A stretch of DNA of 61,370 nt. Source: Macrostomum lignano (Eukaryota). Below, one piece after another: positions 56,938 to 61,370 of the stretch. The stretch is from positions 1 through 61,370 of the forward strand of contig NIVC01003549.1 in the NCBI GenBank assembly GCA_002269645.1, in the 5' to 3' direction. A program made the translations under genes and the position numbers. How positions within the stretch are numbered: position 1 is the first letter of the stretch; each line of letters opens with the position of its first letter. A model generated the notes under the pieces. That model did no database searches and had not been told where the DNA came from. It was given only the letters and a program-made list of their open reading frames with translations.

Positions 56938-59900
56938 TGAATGGATTGCTAATCTAGCCTATCATGGATGCAGGAATAGAATGGATTGCTAATCTAGCCT
57001 ACATGGATGCAGGAATAGAATGGATTGCTAATCTAGCCTACATGGATGCAGGAATAGAATGGATTGCTAATCTAGCCTATCATGGATGCAGGAATAGAAT
57101 GGATTGCTAATCTAGCCTATCATGGGTGCAGGAATATAATGGATTGCTAATCTAGCCTATCATGGGTGCAGGAATAGAATGGATTGCTAATCTAGCCCAT
57201 CATGGATGCAGGAATAGAATGGATTGCTAATCTAGCCTATCATGGGTGCAGGAATAGAATGGATTGCTAATCTAGCCTATCATGGTTGCAGGAATAGAAT
57301 GGATTGCTAATCTAGCCCATCATGGGTGCTGGAATAGAATGGATTGCTAATCTAGCCTATCATGGTTGCAGGAATAGAATGGATTGCTAATCTAGCCTAT
57401 CATGGATGCAGGAATAGAATGGATTGCTAATCTAGCCCATCATGGTTGCAGGAATAGAATGGATTGCTAATCTAGCCTATCATGGGTGCAGGAATATAAT
57501 GGATTGCTAATCTAGCCTATCATGGGTGCAGGAATATAATGGATTGCTAATCTAGCCTATCATGGGTGCAGGAATAGAATGGATTGCTAATCTAGCTTAT
57601 CATGGGTGCAGGAATAGAATGGATTGCTAATCTAGCCTATCATGGGTGCAGGAATATAATGGATTGCTAATCTAGCCTATCATGGGTGTAGGAATAGAAT
57701 GGATTGCTAATCTAGCCTATCATGGATGCAGGAATAGAATGGATTGCTAATCTAGCCTATCATGGATGCAGGAATAGAATGGATTGCTAATCTAGCCTAT
57801 CATGGATGCAGGAATAGAATGGATTGCTAATCTAGCCCATCATGGATGCAGGAATATAATGGATTGCTAATCTAGCCTATCATTGAGGCAGGAATAGAAT
57901 GGATTGCTAATCCAGCCTATCATGGATGCAGGAATAGAATGGATTGCTAATCTAGCCTATCATGGATGCAGGAATAGAATGGATTGCTAATCTAGCCTAT
58001 CATGGGTGCAGGAATAGAATGGATTGCTAATCTAGCCTATCATGGATGCAGGAATTGAATGGATTGCTAATCTAGCCCATCATGGATGCAGGAATAGAAT
58101 GGATTGCTAATCTAGCCCATCATGGATGCAGGAATATAATGGATTGCTAATCTAGCCTATCATGGGTGTAGGAATAGAATGGATTGCTAATCTAGCCTAT
58201 CGTGGGTGCAGGATTAGAATGGATTGCTAATCTAGCATATCATGGGTGCAGGAATAGAATGGATTGCTAATCTAGCCTATCATGGGTGCAGGAATAGAAT
58301 GGATTGCTAATCTAGCCCATCATGGGTGCAGGAATAGAATGGATTGCTAATCTAGCCTATCATGGATGCAGGAATAGAATGGATTGCTAATCCAGCCTAT
58401 CATGGACGCAGGAATAGAATGGATTGCTAATCCAGCCTATCATGGATGCAGGAATAGAATGGATTGCTAACCTAGCCTATCATGGTTGCAGGAATAGAAT
58501 GGATTGCTAATCTAGCCCATCATGGATGCAGGAATATAATGGATTGCTAATCTAGCCTATCATTGAGGCAGGAATAGAATGGATTGCTAATCTAGCCTAT
58601 CATTGATGCAGGAATAGAATGGATTGCTAATCTAGCCCATCATGGATGCAGGAATAGAATGGATTGCTAATCTAGCCCATCATGGATGCAGGAATATAAT
58701 GGATTGCTAATCTAGCCTATCATGGGTGTAGGAATAGAATGGATTGCTAATCTAGCCTATCATGGATGCAGGAATAGAATGGATTGCTAATCTAGCCTAT
58801 CATGGATGCAGGAATAGAATGGATTGCTAATCTAGCCCATCATGGGTGCAGGAATAGAATGGATTGCTAATCTAGCCTATCGAGGGTGCAGGATTAGAAT
58901 GGATTGCTAATCTAGCATATCATGGGTGCAGGAATAGAATGGATTGCTAATCTAGCCTATCATGGGTGCAGGAATAGAATGGATTGCTAATCTAGCCCAT
59001 CATGGGTGCAGGAATAGAATGGATTGCTAATCTAGCCTATCATGGATGCAGGAATAGAATGCATTGCTAATCTAGCCTATCATGGGTGCAGGAATATAAT
59101 GGATTGCTAATCTAGCCTATCATGGGTGTAGGAATAGAATGGATTGCTAATCTAGCCTATCATGGATGCAGGAATAGAATGGATTGCTAATCTAGCCTAT
59201 CATGGATGCAGGAATAGAATGGATTGCTAATCTAGCCTATCATGGATGCAGGAATAGAATGGATTGCTAATCTAGCCTATCATGGATGCAGGAATATAAT
59301 GGATTGCTAATCTAGCCTATCATTGAGGCAGGAATAGAATGGATTGCTAATCCAGCCTATCATGGATGCAGGAATAGAATGGATTGCTAATCTAGCCTAT
59401 CATGGATGCAGGAATAGAATGGATTGCTAATCTAGCCTATCATGGTGCAGGAATAGAATGGATTGCTAATCTAGCCTATCATGGATGCAGGAATAGAATG
59501 GATTGCTAATCTAGCCCATCATGGATGCAGGAATAGAATGGATTGCTAATCTAGCCCATCATGGATGCAGGAATATAATGGATTGCTAATCTAGCCTATC
59601 ATGGGTGTAGGAATAGAATGGATTGCTAATCTAGCCCATCATGGATGCAGGAATAGAATGGATTGCTAATCTAGCCTATCATGGATGCAGGAATAGAATG
59701 GATTGCTAATCTAGCCCATCATGGGTGCAGGAATAGAATGGATTGCTAATCTAGCCTATCGTGGGTGCAGGATTAGAATGGATTGCTAATCTAGCATATC
59801 ATGGGTGCAGGAATAGAATGGATTGCTAATCTAGCCTATCATGGGTGCAGGAATAGAATGGATTGCTAATCTAGCCCATCATGGGTGCAGGAATAGAATG

Positions 59901-61370
59901 GATTGCTAATCTAGCCTATCGTGGGTGCAGGATTAGAATGGATTGCTAATCCAGCCTATCATGGATGCAGGAATAGAATGGATTGCTAATCTAGCCTATC
60001 ATGGGTGCAGGAATAGAATGGATTGCTAATCTAGCCCATCATGGATGCAGGAATATAATGGATTGCTAATCTAGCCTATCATTGAGGCAGGAATAGAATG
60101 GATTGCTAATCCAGCCTATCATGGATGCAGGAATAGAATGGATTGCTAATCTAGCCTATCATGGATGCAGGAATAGAATGGATTGCTAATCCAGCCTATC
60201 ATGGGTGCAGGAATAGAATGGATTGCTAATCTAGCCTATCATGGATGCAGGAATAGAATGGATTGCTAATCTAGCCCATCATGGATGCAGGAATAGAATG
60301 GATTGCTAATCTAGCCCATCATGGATGCAGGAATATAATGGATTGCTAATCTAGCCTATCATGGTGTAGGAATAGAATGGATTGCTAATCTAGCCTATCG
60401 TGGGTGCAGGATTAGAATGGATTGCTAATCTAGCATATCATGGGTGCAGGAATAGAATGGATTGCTAATCTAGCCTATCATGGGTGCAATAGAATGGATT
60501 GCTAATCTAGCCCATCATGGTGCAGGAATAGAATGGATTGCTAATCTAGCCTATCGTGGGTGCAGGATTAGAATGGATTGCTAATCCAGCCTATCATGGA
60601 CGCAGGAATAGAATGGATTGCTAATCTAGCCTATCATGGGTGCAGGAATAGAATGGATTGCTAACCTAGCCTATCATGGTTGCAGGAATAGAATGGATTG
60701 CTAATCTAGCCCATCATGGCTGCAGGAATATAATGGATTGCTAATCTAGCCTATCATTGAGGCAGGAATAGAATGGATTGCTAATCTAGCCTATCATGGA
60801 TGCAGGAATAGAATGGATTGCTAATCTAGCCCATCATGGATGCAGGAATAGAATGGATTGCTAATCTAGCCCATCATGGATGCAGGAATATAATGGATTG
60901 CTAATCTAGCCTATCATGGGTGTAGGAATAGAATGGATTGCTAATCTAGCATATCATGGGTGCAGGAATAGAATGGATTGCTAATCTAGCCTATCATGGG
61001 TGCAGGAATAGAATGGATTGCTAATCTAGCCCATCATGGGTGCAGGAATAGAATGGATTGCTAATCTAGCCTATCGTGCAGGATTAGAATGGATTGCTAA
61101 TCCAGCCTATCATGGATGCAGGAATAGAATGGATTGCTAATCTAGCTATCATGGTGCAGGAATAGAATGGATTGCTAATCTAGCCTATCATGGGTGCAGG
61201 AATATAATGGATTGCTAATCTAGCCTATCATGGATGCAGGAATAGAATGGATTGCTAATCTAGCCTATCATGGATGCAGGAATAGAATGGATTGCTAATC
61301 AAGCCCATCATGGATGCAGGAATATAATGGATTGCTAATCTAGCCTATCATGGTGCAGGAATATAATGGA
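56938..61370. repeat. 40-bp satellite array 2 (same family as 11550-17076), more than 110 copies, runs off the window
   Basis: Same consensus and orientation as array 1, with many more variant units. Confidence 0.98.

Overview
Eukaryotic (metazoan) genomic DNA. GC-rich exons are separated by introns and spacers filled with locus-specific mini- and microsatellites; this style is typical of the flatworm Macrostomum lignano, but the species is my inference. I rebuilt the gene models by hand from splice sites and reading-phase checks. Minus strand, head-to-tail: SARM1 (5 coding exons, ARM-SAM-SAM-TIR, about 930 aa, 28469-38000), a C19orf44/DUF4614 homolog (4 or more exons, 17276-24480), a divergent ZO-1/TJP1-like MAGUK (PDZ x3-SH3-GUK-ZU5, 4 exons, 6375-11416, one 1-nt frameshift), and part of a Thr-rich mucin plus LamG-like extracellular protein gene (1-1607, runs off the window). 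Plus strand: an intronless secreted double C-type lectin gene nested in the last intron of the C19orf44 homolog (17671-18636), and a single-exon NOS1AP/CAPON CDS (49129-51396). One 40-bp satellite forms two large arrays (11550-17076 and 56938-61370). An AT-rich, CpG-poor block with MITE-like relics spans about 38000-44300. Most long ORFs in the supplied track are repeat or antisense artefacts. There is no CRISPR array or rRNA, and no intact tRNA or transposase. I found no clearly new system. The best leads are: a SARM1 with substituted allosteric-pocket and BB-loop residues, a possible trans-spliced operon-like cluster, minisatellites whose end unit is a real splice site, and the nested lectin gene.
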